Below are positions 26,836-36,249 of a stretch of DNA of 53,148 nt, in pieces. A model generated the notes under the pieces. It searched no databases. It was given only the letters and a program-made list of their open reading frames with translations, and was not told where the DNA came from. The stretch covers positions 1-53,148 of IMG/VR virus record IMGVR_UViG_3300042402_000726; one strand, 5' to 3'. This DNA is from a virus. Its lineage: Duplodnaviria > Caudoviricetes. How positions within the stretch are numbered: position 1 is the stretch's first letter; each line of letters starts with the position of its first letter. The translations under genes were made by a program, and so were the position numbers.

Positions 26836-27741
26836 CTATTTGTTGTTACGATCATACTCTGCGTAACGCTTTAAATACTTGTTACGAAGTACAGGATCAT
26901 CCCAGACACCAGCTTCAACTAAAGCTGATTTACGTTCTGGACTCACATACATTTCTTTGCGGGTTGATGTTGGTGCATGTTCGCGACCAGATCCAACAGA
27001 CGGACCACCACGCGCAGTGCGTTCACTTTGTTTCTTTCCAAACTTTTCTGGTAGTCTGCGTGCCGCACGTTTTCTAAGCTCGTCCCAGTATTCACTTGTT
27101 TGTGGATTGAAACCGTCTTTTGCTAACGTCTGATCAATAGCAATAACAATTGAAGAATCTTCATCGCGACCTTGTGCATCATACCAAGGATTATCAGCAA
27201 TAAATTCTTTGGCGTAGTGCATTGTCAAATCATCCATTTGATTTGGTTGCGCTACTGGACGTTGTTGTGCTGCCTGCTGTTTCTGGAATTGCAATTGCTG
27301 AACTTTAGCAATCGCTTGGTCACGGTAACGCATTGCTTGCGCTACATCTTCGCCATTTCCACGCTCAACCGCTTTGGCAATAACACGCTCTGCCATGTTT
27401 GCTTCTTGCGCTGCTTGATTGATATACGCATCATACGCGCCTAAATCAGTTTGGTGTGCGCGTACTTCTTGAACAGAAACTCTGCGCTCCAAATCATCAT
27501 TGCGTTTACGAAGGAATTCCAACTCAAGTTTATCACGACTAATCGCCTGTGTTTTTCTTTCTTTACGTTCTAACTTTTCTTTTCTACGACGCTCACGAAT
27601 TGCTTCACGCTCACTGTCAACGTCATCGTCGTCATCGCGTGCAATTTGCTCGTCATAAGCCTCATCGCTTAATTCATTTATATCTTCGACAATTTCAATT
27701 TCATCATCATTGTCGTCATCTTCTCTAATTACGTCTGCCAT
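26836..27741 (-). CDS. Capsid scaffolding protein
   Basis: Acidic N-terminus, long coiled coil, NPWY...YWDEL, basic C-terminal helix. Upstream of the capsid genes. Confidence 0.78.
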   Translation of the reverse strand: MADVIREDDDNDDEIEIVEDINELSDEAYDEQIARDDDDDVDSEREAIRERRRKEKLERKERKTQAISRDKLELEFLRKRNDDLERRVSVQEVRAHQTDLGAYDAYINQAAQEANMAERVIAKAVERGNGEDVAQAMRYRDQAIAKVQQLQFQKQQAAQQRPVAQPNQMDDLTMHYAKEFIADNPWYDAQGRDEDSSIVIAIDQTLAKDGFNPQTSEYWDELRKRAARRLPEKFGKKQSERTARGGPSVGSGREHAPTSTRKEMYVSPERKSALVEAGVWDDPVLRNKYLKRYAEYDRNNK

Positions 27742-27754
27742 AAATCACCTCCTA

Positions 27755-28165
27755 CTAGATGAATGCTTTGATCTTTAATGGATCACCAGTGACTTGACCA
27801 ATAATATCCAAGTCGTTAAAAATTACAAACATTGCCGATTCGTCACTATCGGGAACTTTAACTTCCCAACGATCACCACCATACTTGGCGACACGAACAA
27901 ACTCGCCAGCTTGACACCACGCACCTTCCGGCCACGCTGTCATGTCATTACGGTTTTTAAACGCAAGTGGTCCTAGCGAAATCACTTTGCCGATCTGTGT
28001 GTTCCACTTCTCGGTGTCTTGCGTTCCGATATCGAGAATAATCCCGCCACTTGTTTTCTTTTTTGGAGTGCGAATCTGAATCAGAACGCGGCTTCCAAAA
28101 GGCTGAATTCCTGCATCTACTGCTGGAAAAGCCTCTGCCATTGCATTCTCAAAGGTCATTGTCAC
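27755..28165 (-). CDS. Co-chaperonin GroES (Cpn10)-like protein
   Basis: IQPFGSRVLI, KTSGGIIL, GKVISLGP, GEFV...KYGG, IFNDLDII. Confidence 0.88.
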   Translation of the reverse strand: MTMTFENAMAEAFPAVDAGIQPFGSRVLIQIRTPKKKTSGGIILDIGTQDTEKWNTQIGKVISLGPLAFKNRNDMTAWPEGAWCQAGEFVRVAKYGGDRWEVKVPDSDESAMFVIFNDLDIIGQVTGDPLKIKAFI

Positions 28166-28349
28166 GATGTTTATCCTCGTCTATAAGATTTAAGAGTACG
28201 TTGATTGCCGCCTCATAACCGGCAACCATTCCCACACGATACCCGTACTCAAAGGCATCGCGTGTTTGTGGTTTCTTCAAAGCCTCAACAGCAAATGTCT
28301 GCTGTTCTACTTTGAGCGTGTTAAGCAGTTTGGTTTCTAAATTCACCAA
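28149..28349 (-). CDS. Small helical hypothetical protein
   Basis: Coupled between neighbours. FEYGYRVGMVAGYEAA. Usual slot between portal and GroES. Confidence 0.7.
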   Translation of the reverse strand: MVNLETKLLNTLKVEQQTFAVEALKKPQTRDAFEYGYRVGMVAGYEAAINVLLNLIDEDKHRDNDL

Positions 28350-28480
28350 GCTGACTTCTTGTTGCCTTTTGGTTCAGATGGTAATTTTTGACCATCCACT
28401 TTTTCACCAGCCGCCATACGTTTGTGTTGCTTAACGTCTGCGCCTGTCATGGGTACTTCTTTACCTTTTGTGTCTTTCAT
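28343..28480 (-). CDS. 45-aa basic hypothetical protein (not in the ORF track)
   Basis: AGGAGA RBS. MKDTKGKEVPMTGADVKQHKRMAAGE...SAW. GTGA-type overlap with the next gene. Confidence 0.65.
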   Translation of the reverse strand: MKDTKGKEVPMTGADVKQHKRMAAGEKVDGQKLPSEPKGNKKSAW

Positions 28481-28489
28481 GTCATCTCC

Positions 28490-31003
28490 TTACGGATTAA
28501 AGTTAATGCCGGTGCCTGTCGTTAATGACGTTCTGCTATCATTTGCAAGCTCTGCGGCAGTGATAAGTTTAGCAGTATTGTTGTCGGCTGTGTTAATTGC
28601 TTCACGCGCTTGAATCTCAGCCATTGCACGTTGATTCTCAGCATAGATTCTAGCCTGCTCTGATTGCATCTTGTCTGCACGTTCTTGCTGTTGTGCAGCA
28701 AGTTTTGCTTGTTCGGATTGCATCTGCGTTTGCAATTTAACTTGATCCAGTTGCAATTTTGCTTGATCAGTTTGCGCTCTTTGATCCAACGCTTTTTGTT
28801 GAATGCCAGCACTAATTTGCGCAATTTCAAGTGCATGATCTGGTGGAAGCTGTGGCTGTGGTTTAAATTGCTCTGCTTGCTTATCCATTTCTTGCAATTG
28901 TTCACTAAAGCCATTCATTTGCTGTTCGATAAATTGTTGCACTTGTAATATCAGTTGAACTTGATTTTGTGCTTCTTCTGGAATCAATTGCTGCTTTTGT
29001 GCTTTATCTACAGCATCATGAGTTTCAGTTAAATAATAATTAAGCAAATGATCGCGTAAATGCACCACCATTGGAAATAAAAACGTTTTCGCAATCACAG
29101 GATTTGACCCAAACAATGGCGATTTAACAAATGCCATGTGCGTAATGATGTGCGCCATGTGATCTTGCTGTGGAAGTACATAAATTCCCGAACCCATTGC
29201 AGCCGCAACGTTTTCTGACGCAGGATCCATGTCATCTTGTGCTGGTTTTGGTTTTAAAACCTCATTATCTGGCACTTTTAACGTGCGAAGGAACATTTCC
29301 TCGACTTTTCTTGCATCATATAGCTGCGGAAATATCTGAGAACGTTGCATAATCGCTTGAATTTGCGCAAAACGCTGTGTTTCACTGAAAATCGCAGGAT
29401 CACTGACCGGAATGATGTCCATTGGCCCATCAAAATCAGACGGTTCGATGTCAATTCCCGATTCTTGCGCTTTAATGTCTTCAATTGTCAGATAAGCACT
29501 GTTAATTCGGTGCAAAATCTTCAAACTACGCGCCATTGAGCTGTGTAAACGCGAATGAATCGAGTTAAATACCACCATACCCTGTTCAATCAACGCCATT
29601 GTGGTGCCGACTGGTTGATTTGGGTTCTGATCTGACAGTTTTTCAAACGTGGTTTGCACAACACCTTTGCCGGTATCAACAAGGAAGCCAAGCAACTGCA
29701 TCAAAACAGGTGATGGTCCGTTAAATGGCAATGGCATGGCAAGTTTGCGCACGTCATCAATCAACGCGCCACCTTCCATCTCGACCACTTCAGTGGGTTG
29801 CACGTTCAGCGTTTGACCGCCTGGTCCGCCTTTGAGCTTTAGTAGTGTTGGCACGTTTTGAATATGCGCTGAATCAAGCAATGCACGCAATGCGCCTGTT
29901 GCTGCGCCAGACAATCCGCCAATCATGTGAGTCAAGCCGATTGGATACGCACCACGCCAAGGAACAAAGGCAAATTCAACGATCCACTCCAACTCTTTGC
30001 GTTGTTCGTCTTCTGGCTCCCAGTTACGATACAGAGACAAACCTTTCTCGGTGGATTTGTCTACGCTTAAAATGTAAGGTTCCGGCCCATCACCAAAATC
30101 TAAGTATGTGTAGATCTCAAAAATAGTACGCAAACCGTCTTCGTTGTAGCTTAAATCTTTACGGCCTTCAATCTTGTCATTAGCTTGCGATGCTTTGCTA
30201 AACTCTGGATCTGTTGGTACACCCAAGTCAACATCGATGTACATACCGCTCTTGACGCGACGATTGTACTCAAACTTGGTAATGTACTGCACATGCGTTT
30301 TGCGTTCTGCTGTGTAGAAGTTTGTGGCTGCAAACGGCAAATAAATGTCATCGATAGGAACAAACTCTGCCATCGGACGTTTATAGAGTGGATTCCACAT
30401 GAATTTCATGTACTGACCACCACCAAGTGGAAGTTGCGTGCTTAACTGTTCAAGCTCACCACGAAACTCAACCATTTGCTCGGTTAATTGCCAGTTCATG
30501 AAGTCAGTCTTGCGATCTGCTTTCTCTACTTTGTCTTGATCCTTCTCACCAACAATTTTGCTTTTAACAGGACCGTTAGCGGGGAAAATCTCTTTCATCA
30601 CACGCGCAGAAAAATCCACGCACGCTTCAACCAGCATTGGATGCACAACTTTGTTTGCACCGGTAAACTGTGCGCCACCCGGTGCATCATCACCAAGACC
30701 AGTGCGTCGAATACCTTCTTCGTATTGTTTGTCGCGTTTCTCGCGTGCTTCTTTGTCGTTGGTGATCTTGTCAATAAGCTCATTGATAGCCATTGCAAGT
30801 TCACCTTGATCAACTTCTTCAATGATGTTGGCAAAATGCTCTGCGTTTTGTTGTGACTCTGCTTCATCTTGCAGGCGAACGATAGCACCACCATCCTCAG
30901 TGTCTTCAACGTCAGTTTCGTCGGTATCCTCAAAATCTACGTTTTCACCTTCTTGTGCATCCGGTTGTTCTTGATCTTCGTCGTCTTCAAATTGTTGTGC
31001 CAT
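28490..31003 (-). CDS. Portal protein (P22-like, with C-terminal helical barrel)
   Basis: 837 aa. HPMLVEACVDF.AR...E.FPA.GPVK, FMNWQLT, GALRALLDSA, PVGTTMALIEQG...IHSRLH, IIPVSDP, Gln-rich C-terminal coil. Confidence 0.9.
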   Translation of the reverse strand: MAQQFEDDEDQEQPDAQEGENVDFEDTDETDVEDTEDGGAIVRLQDEAESQQNAEHFANIIEEVDQGELAMAINELIDKITNDKEAREKRDKQYEEGIRRTGLGDDAPGGAQFTGANKVVHPMLVEACVDFSARVMKEIFPANGPVKSKIVGEKDQDKVEKADRKTDFMNWQLTEQMVEFRGELEQLSTQLPLGGGQYMKFMWNPLYKRPMAEFVPIDDIYLPFAATNFYTAERKTHVQYITKFEYNRRVKSGMYIDVDLGVPTDPEFSKASQANDKIEGRKDLSYNEDGLRTIFEIYTYLDFGDGPEPYILSVDKSTEKGLSLYRNWEPEDEQRKELEWIVEFAFVPWRGAYPIGLTHMIGGLSGAATGALRALLDSAHIQNVPTLLKLKGGPGGQTLNVQPTEVVEMEGGALIDDVRKLAMPLPFNGPSPVLMQLLGFLVDTGKGVVQTTFEKLSDQNPNQPVGTTMALIEQGMVVFNSIHSRLHSSMARSLKILHRINSAYLTIEDIKAQESGIDIEPSDFDGPMDIIPVSDPAIFSETQRFAQIQAIMQRSQIFPQLYDARKVEEMFLRTLKVPDNEVLKPKPAQDDMDPASENVAAAMGSGIYVLPQQDHMAHIITHMAFVKSPLFGSNPVIAKTFLFPMVVHLRDHLLNYYLTETHDAVDKAQKQQLIPEEAQNQVQLILQVQQFIEQQMNGFSEQLQEMDKQAEQFKPQPQLPPDHALEIAQISAGIQQKALDQRAQTDQAKLQLDQVKLQTQMQSEQAKLAAQQQERADKMQSEQARIYAENQRAMAEIQAREAINTADNNTAKLITAAELANDSRTSLTTGTGINFNP

Positions 31004-31041
31004 CGTTTACCTCTGTGTGTGTTTCGTTTGCGTGAAGTATA

Positions 31042-34000
31042 TCACATGTACTTGTTTGCTAATTCTTGTAAACCTACACTGCCGCCTTTTGCATAGCCAA
31101 GATTTCTAAGTACCTTATCGGTAATAATTCCGCCATAAGGTTTCATTTGTAATGCGCGAATATCTCTTGTTCTTGGATTTTTTAAATCCATCAAACCACG
31201 ATACTCTGCAACATCTGGCATTAGTTCATATGCACTTATATCTCTATCAAGCATACCTAATCCTTGACCGGGAACACCTTTAGGATATGCACGATGTCCA
31301 GACTCTTGAATAATAGGATTGCCAACAAATATTTGACCAACATTTTGTAAACCGGTATCGGGTGCTAAAAGTTGGCTAGGATCAGCAACAGCAAGTCTAG
31401 CTTCGCCAATGCTAATCCCACCAGCGTTTCTGTATTTTGTATCAAGATGATTTTTTAATTCTTTTCTAACTTTATCGGGTGTATTTCTAAATTGATCTAT
31501 ACCTTCTTCAGATTCAATCCCTTTAAAGTCTGGAATAAAATCTTTAATGCTTTTATTAACGGCACGTTTCTCTTTCTTGTTCATATTAGCGTTCATGTAC
31601 TTAAGCATTGTTTCGCCTGTCATGTTCGCATAATCTCCGCCCGTTGGAGCCATTCGCCAAGGCATATAAAGTGGATCAAGACCGCCCGTTCTTGCGCTTA
31701 ATTCTTTGCCATATTTCATAATGGCGTTAACTGGATCTTTCCCTGATGCCCATACTTGGCCTGGATTATTAAACATATAATCTTGACCGCCTTGTAAATC
31801 AACATCAACTGGACGATCATTAATGTAATGTAGCTTTCCAACATTAGTACGATCTGACATAGAAGTTACAAACGGATAGCCTTCATAATTTGCAAGACTA
31901 ATAATACGCTTTTCATTTTCTGGACGTGTCAACTGTAACATCATGTTTTGCAACTTTTCTTGCTCTAATTTTCTATCATCAAATCGCAAGTCATAACCTA
32001 AATCACCAATTCGTAATTTATGAATTGTACCAAGCACACCACTCGCAGACTCTGGAGCAAACGGCATCGCACCTGTCTGCGCAAGACCAGCAAGATCTAA
32101 ACCTGCCTGTGCCTGCTCATCCATTGACGGTTTAATCCCAACAGGATACCAGCTTGACTCATCCAGTATTTTTTGTGGTCTACCACCAGCAATGTCAACG
32201 TTGCGCATAAATGCATTGCCAGCACGCTTTGCCGCTTCAACTGGATGCAAGATTGTCGATGCAATCATTGAGTCGTTATCACCAAAGTTTTGTTTGGCAC
32301 TCATGTCATCAAAGTGCGCCATCGCTCTGCGATACAAACGCTCGTGCGCTGGATCTTCAAATTCTGATACTGAGCCACCGTCAGCATATTTATTAGCCAT
32401 TAAATCATCAAAATGCGCCATTGCTCTGTTATATAATCTTTCTGCTAAAGTATCGCTATTTACTGACCCACCATTGGCATATAAATCTTTTTCAGTAGCA
32501 AACACTGGCTTACCTTCTTTAATGCGCTTGTGTGCGTGTTCTATGGCTTTACTCACAATGTTATGTGGTATGTGTTCACCATCTTTAATTTTTAAGATGT
32601 GTTGCACTTCTTCTGTTGTCAATGTAGGTACAAGCGTTGGAATATCCATTTCTTTGTCATTGATAGGTACACCAATTGAATATTCGGTCATCACGCCAGT
32701 ACCGTCTGGACGCTCAAGCTCTCCAAAGTAGCCAAGACCTTTCTTGGTTTTGTCTGGTCTATCGCCATAGCCATAGTCACTTTCTTCGTACTTGTCGTGT
32801 AGTGCTTGCACGCTTCCGCCTTCAGCGTAACCTTTTTTTAAATACTTGTTGTAACGTGCATCAAGTGATTTTAATGATTTAGCATCAGTAAACTGTTCGT
32901 ATTGCTTTAACAGATCATCAAGCTCTCTATCTTTAGCACTTTTTAACATGTGAAAGTATTCATTCTTACCAGCGGTGCTGTTAATTACTCGTGCTAATTC
33001 TTCTGGATTGTCAGCATTACGACTTAAATATTCATGAAATCTTGGCAAATCTTCAACACCAAGACCAGATGCTTCATTGATGGCCTTTACTTCCTCATCA
33101 GATAAATTTTTTCCGAGCTTCATGCTGCCACCAATCAACCATTGACCCGTCATATTTGGACTGGTTTTGTATCGATAAAATCCACCTTCTGGCAATTGAT
33201 CTGTGATATGCGCAAACTTTGGAATCATAATGCCTTTTTTATTCATTCCTCGTTCGTTTGCCAATGTTTGCCAATCAACATCATTAGGAAACTCTACTTC
33301 TGCCCATGTATGTTCGCTTGGTCTATACACAGGAGGTTTACCACCTTTTCCAATATGCGTTGCAACAGGAACATCACCTGCATGCCAGCCTGGTCTATAC
33401 GCTAAAGGACCGAGTAATGATTTAACTTTATCTGCATTTTGAGTAGCAGGTGCGCCTGCTTCAGCTGCAACCCATTCATCAGATGGCACTGGCTTATCCG
33501 CATTTACAAACAATGGGTAAAGTGTATCTGGATCATTTTCTTTTGTTCTAAACAATTTATATGCTTTGACAGTTTTTTCTGGTGCGCCCATAGATAATGC
33601 CATTGGATTTAAATGTTCAATCAAATAATCTGGATCGCGCATTTGTTCAATTGTTGGCACGGTGTCTTCTAATGCAGTTTTTGTTGCATCAAAAAACTTA
33701 GTTGCATTTGGATAAGCACGCTTTAGTTGCTCTAAGTCTGCTGCATAATCGCCACCGCCAGCCAACTCATCCAGTTTAGACATAATGCTATCATCTGATA
33801 AATCCACTTCCCCGCCTTCTGCCCACTTAACCTTGTCCGCCCAGTACGCGGCACTGCTTTTTCCTTTGGCAATGTTCTTTGCATGACGTGCCTTGAACGA
33901 TTCACGCTTTGCTGTCATGCGATCTGACTCACCTTCTTTTGGCTTGCCTGCTGTTTCAGCACCTTGCTCACCAAAGCGAATTATCTTCTCTTTGCCATCG

Positions 34001-36240
34001 ACCATTGTTTTCACAATGTGTGACTTGGTTGGATGGTTTGGCGTGCGTTGTGGTTTGTCTAACTGCAAACTGTCTTTGTCTACTCTGCCGCCTTGTGCGT
34101 AGCCTTGATCATCATTAGGTAATTTTTGACGCAATGCTTCACGTTTATCATACGCCCAATCATACCAATCACTTCCAGTTTTGAAGTCTACGCCTTTAGG
34201 CATGCGTCTTGTTTTTCTGTACGCTTTCATTTGCTTTTCTAAATCATTGAAACGATCAATATCAGTGATTGGTTTAACTTTGTTTAAATTGCGCGTAACA
34301 ACACGCGGCACTTCATCACTGTAGGTAACGAAGTTGCGCACGCCTTCTGGATTAGCAACCTTTGCTTTTTCGCCCATGTAAGTCGTGCCTGGAATACCTA
34401 ACTCATAAAGTTTTTGTGCGCCTTCTTTACCAGAACCAAATCGTTGCAAAATTGAGCTACCTTTTTCAACAGGATCATAATCTGCACCTTCTGGATGATA
34501 CAAGTCTGGATCATGACTTTGCAGAATATTTCTAACGTATTCGCTTTGCTCAGAAAGTGGCTTGTCGTAATCAAGAAAATGCTCGATTGACATAGGATCA
34601 ACTGCTTCGCGCTCTTTTGGAAACTCCATTGACACTTCATACAAGTGTGAGCCTTTTTGCTTTTTGTATAAGTTTTCGCCAATCTTTTGCGCTGGCAATC
34701 GTTTTGGCAAATCTTCTGGATAATCAGCGTATGACTCGTTGAGATAGTCTTTTACTTCATCTGGACGCTCGTGCATCATGTAGCGTTCATACACTTCCAT
34801 CGATGGATAATCTTGACGACGCTCTGCTTGATTGTACAAATTCATCAATTGCTCATCCATCCAGTCATCCTGTGGTGAATAAGTAGTAGCAACATAAGGA
34901 TCCTCGGTAATGTAGTTACCCCACCCGTAAGCCTGCCCACCTTCACCAGATCCCATGTGTGCTGTGTCAAACTCTTTAAACTTGTGTGGTGATCCGTGAT
35001 AGCCTTTGATGGCCATGCCAACAGGTAAATCCTCGGTTGCCTTAACACCTGGTGCTAATGTTGTCAGTGCATCAGCAAGTGACTGCGCACGACCACGTTT
35101 AAACTGTGGTACGTTGCTCATCTCTGGTATCTGCATTGGTGCATTGCCATAAGACCAGTTCTCAATCTCCTCTGGTGTTTTGCCCATGAGTAAATCACCA
35201 GCACCTAAGCCACCGGCTAGTGGCACCCAACTTGGAACTGTGTATTGATTGCCAACGTCACGCGCACTGCCAAGCATCTCGGCAAGTTTGCCAAGGTTCT
35301 CGTTTTGGTCTTGTGCTTTTACAATCCCACCTTCTGCGTACTTCTCTTTCAGCTCATCCAAACTACCAGCACGCTTTGTAATTTCTGGATACTCATCACC
35401 GAACATGACGTAATTTCTTGTGCCTTTGTCAGTGCTACGCGATGTTGCGTCTAAGTATTTAAGACCAGGTATGTCAAGGTTTTTTAAATATTGTTCAGCG
35501 TCTTTAATGGCAGATGCAAATTCATCATCATATCCGCTACGCATATATTTTAAAAAACTCTCTCCAGTTTTTTGTGACGGATCTAAATACCATTGTTTCT
35601 GATCTTTGTAAGCCTTGTTAGCGTTTTTGTAAAAATCAGATTTTTTTAATTTGTTTCTTACATAATCACTTTGCTCGCTCAATGGTTGATCCCAGTCTAG
35701 CAAATGATGCTCACCAAGTGGATCTGTTGCTTCACGCTCTGCGTTAGGCCAACGGATTGAGGTTTCGTAGATGTTTCCGCCTTTTTGCGCTTTCATATCT
35801 TCTATTTCTTGCAACAAAGCAGCTTCTTTTTCTTTATCACCTCTTAATTTTGCGGTATCAGCATGGTATTTTTTTAAAAATATTTTATTTTGATACTCAT
35901 CAACTGGAACACCTGCTGTCATATAAGTTTTTGCAACCAAAGGATTTTCTGCAAAATAAAGTCCATGTCCATATGCTTGCGCACCTTCGCCTGTTCCAAT
36001 CTTTGACATGTCAAACCGATCAAACAAATGTGGCGTACCATGATAGGCTTTGATCGCACCACCAAGTCCAGCGGTATCAATAATGAAATTAGGATCACGC
36101 ATCTGCTCAGTCGTTGGAACTGAACGCACCGCTGCGTCTTTTAATCCAGTGATGAATTTTGTCGCATTAGGATAACCACCAAGCAATTGCTCGTAGTCTT
36201 CTAAGCCATATCTGCTTGCTAAATCTTTTAAGTCTGCCAT
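31042..36240 (-). CDS. Large polyvalent (multi-effector) protein with two ADP-ribosyltransferase-like domains and at least four other modules, separated by [YW]AxGGxV motifs
   Basis: ATG at 36240 with GGAG RBS. YHGTPH.F..FD...IGTGEGAQAYG.GLYFAE and YHGSPH.F..FD...MGSGEGGQAYG.G.YITE. Seven AxGG motifs and duplicated leader segments. Confidence 0.8.
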   Translation of the reverse strand: MADLKDLASRYGLEDYEQLLGGYPNATKFITGLKDAAVRSVPTTEQMRDPNFIIDTAGLGGAIKAYHGTPHLFDRFDMSKIGTGEGAQAYGHGLYFAENPLVAKTYMTAGVPVDEYQNKIFLKKYHADTAKLRGDKEKEAALLQEIEDMKAQKGGNIYETSIRWPNAEREATDPLGEHHLLDWDQPLSEQSDYVRNKLKKSDFYKNANKAYKDQKQWYLDPSQKTGESFLKYMRSGYDDEFASAIKDAEQYLKNLDIPGLKYLDATSRSTDKGTRNYVMFGDEYPEITKRAGSLDELKEKYAEGGIVKAQDQNENLGKLAEMLGSARDVGNQYTVPSWVPLAGGLGAGDLLMGKTPEEIENWSYGNAPMQIPEMSNVPQFKRGRAQSLADALTTLAPGVKATEDLPVGMAIKGYHGSPHKFKEFDTAHMGSGEGGQAYGWGNYITEDPYVATTYSPQDDWMDEQLMNLYNQAERRQDYPSMEVYERYMMHERPDEVKDYLNESYADYPEDLPKRLPAQKIGENLYKKQKGSHLYEVSMEFPKEREAVDPMSIEHFLDYDKPLSEQSEYVRNILQSHDPDLYHPEGADYDPVEKGSSILQRFGSGKEGAQKLYELGIPGTTYMGEKAKVANPEGVRNFVTYSDEVPRVVTRNLNKVKPITDIDRFNDLEKQMKAYRKTRRMPKGVDFKTGSDWYDWAYDKREALRQKLPNDDQGYAQGGRVDKDSLQLDKPQRTPNHPTKSHIVKTMVDGKEKIIRFGEQGAETAGKPKEGESDRMTAKRESFKARHAKNIAKGKSSAAYWADKVKWAEGGEVDLSDDSIMSKLDELAGGGDYAADLEQLKRAYPNATKFFDATKTALEDTVPTIEQMRDPDYLIEHLNPMALSMGAPEKTVKAYKLFRTKENDPDTLYPLFVNADKPVPSDEWVAAEAGAPATQNADKVKSLLGPLAYRPGWHAGDVPVATHIGKGGKPPVYRPSEHTWAEVEFPNDVDWQTLANERGMNKKGIMIPKFAHITDQLPEGGFYRYKTSPNMTGQWLIGGSMKLGKNLSDEEVKAINEASGLGVEDLPRFHEYLSRNADNPEELARVINSTAGKNEYFHMLKSAKDRELDDLLKQYEQFTDAKSLKSLDARYNKYLKKGYAEGGSVQALHDKYEESDYGYGDRPDKTKKGLGYFGELERPDGTGVMTEYSIGVPINDKEMDIPTLVPTLTTEEVQHILKIKDGEHIPHNIVSKAIEHAHKRIKEGKPVFATEKDLYANGGSVNSDTLAERLYNRAMAHFDDLMANKYADGGSVSEFEDPAHERLYRRAMAHFDDMSAKQNFGDNDSMIASTILHPVEAAKRAGNAFMRNVDIAGGRPQKILDESSWYPVGIKPSMDEQAQAGLDLAGLAQTGAMPFAPESASGVLGTIHKLRIGDLGYDLRFDDRKLEQEKLQNMMLQLTRPENEKRIISLANYEGYPFVTSMSDRTNVGKLHYINDRPVDVDLQGGQDYMFNNPGQVWASGKDPVNAIMKYGKELSARTGGLDPLYMPWRMAPTGGDYANMTGETMLKYMNANMNKKEKRAVNKSIKDFIPDFKGIESEEGIDQFRNTPDKVRKELKNHLDTKYRNAGGISIGEARLAVADPSQLLAPDTGLQNVGQIFVGNPIIQESGHRAYPKGVPGQGLGMLDRDISAYELMPDVAEYRGLMDLKNPRTRDIRALQMKPYGGIITDKVLRNLGYAKGGSVGLQELANKYM

Positions 36241-36249
36241 GGTCAACTC

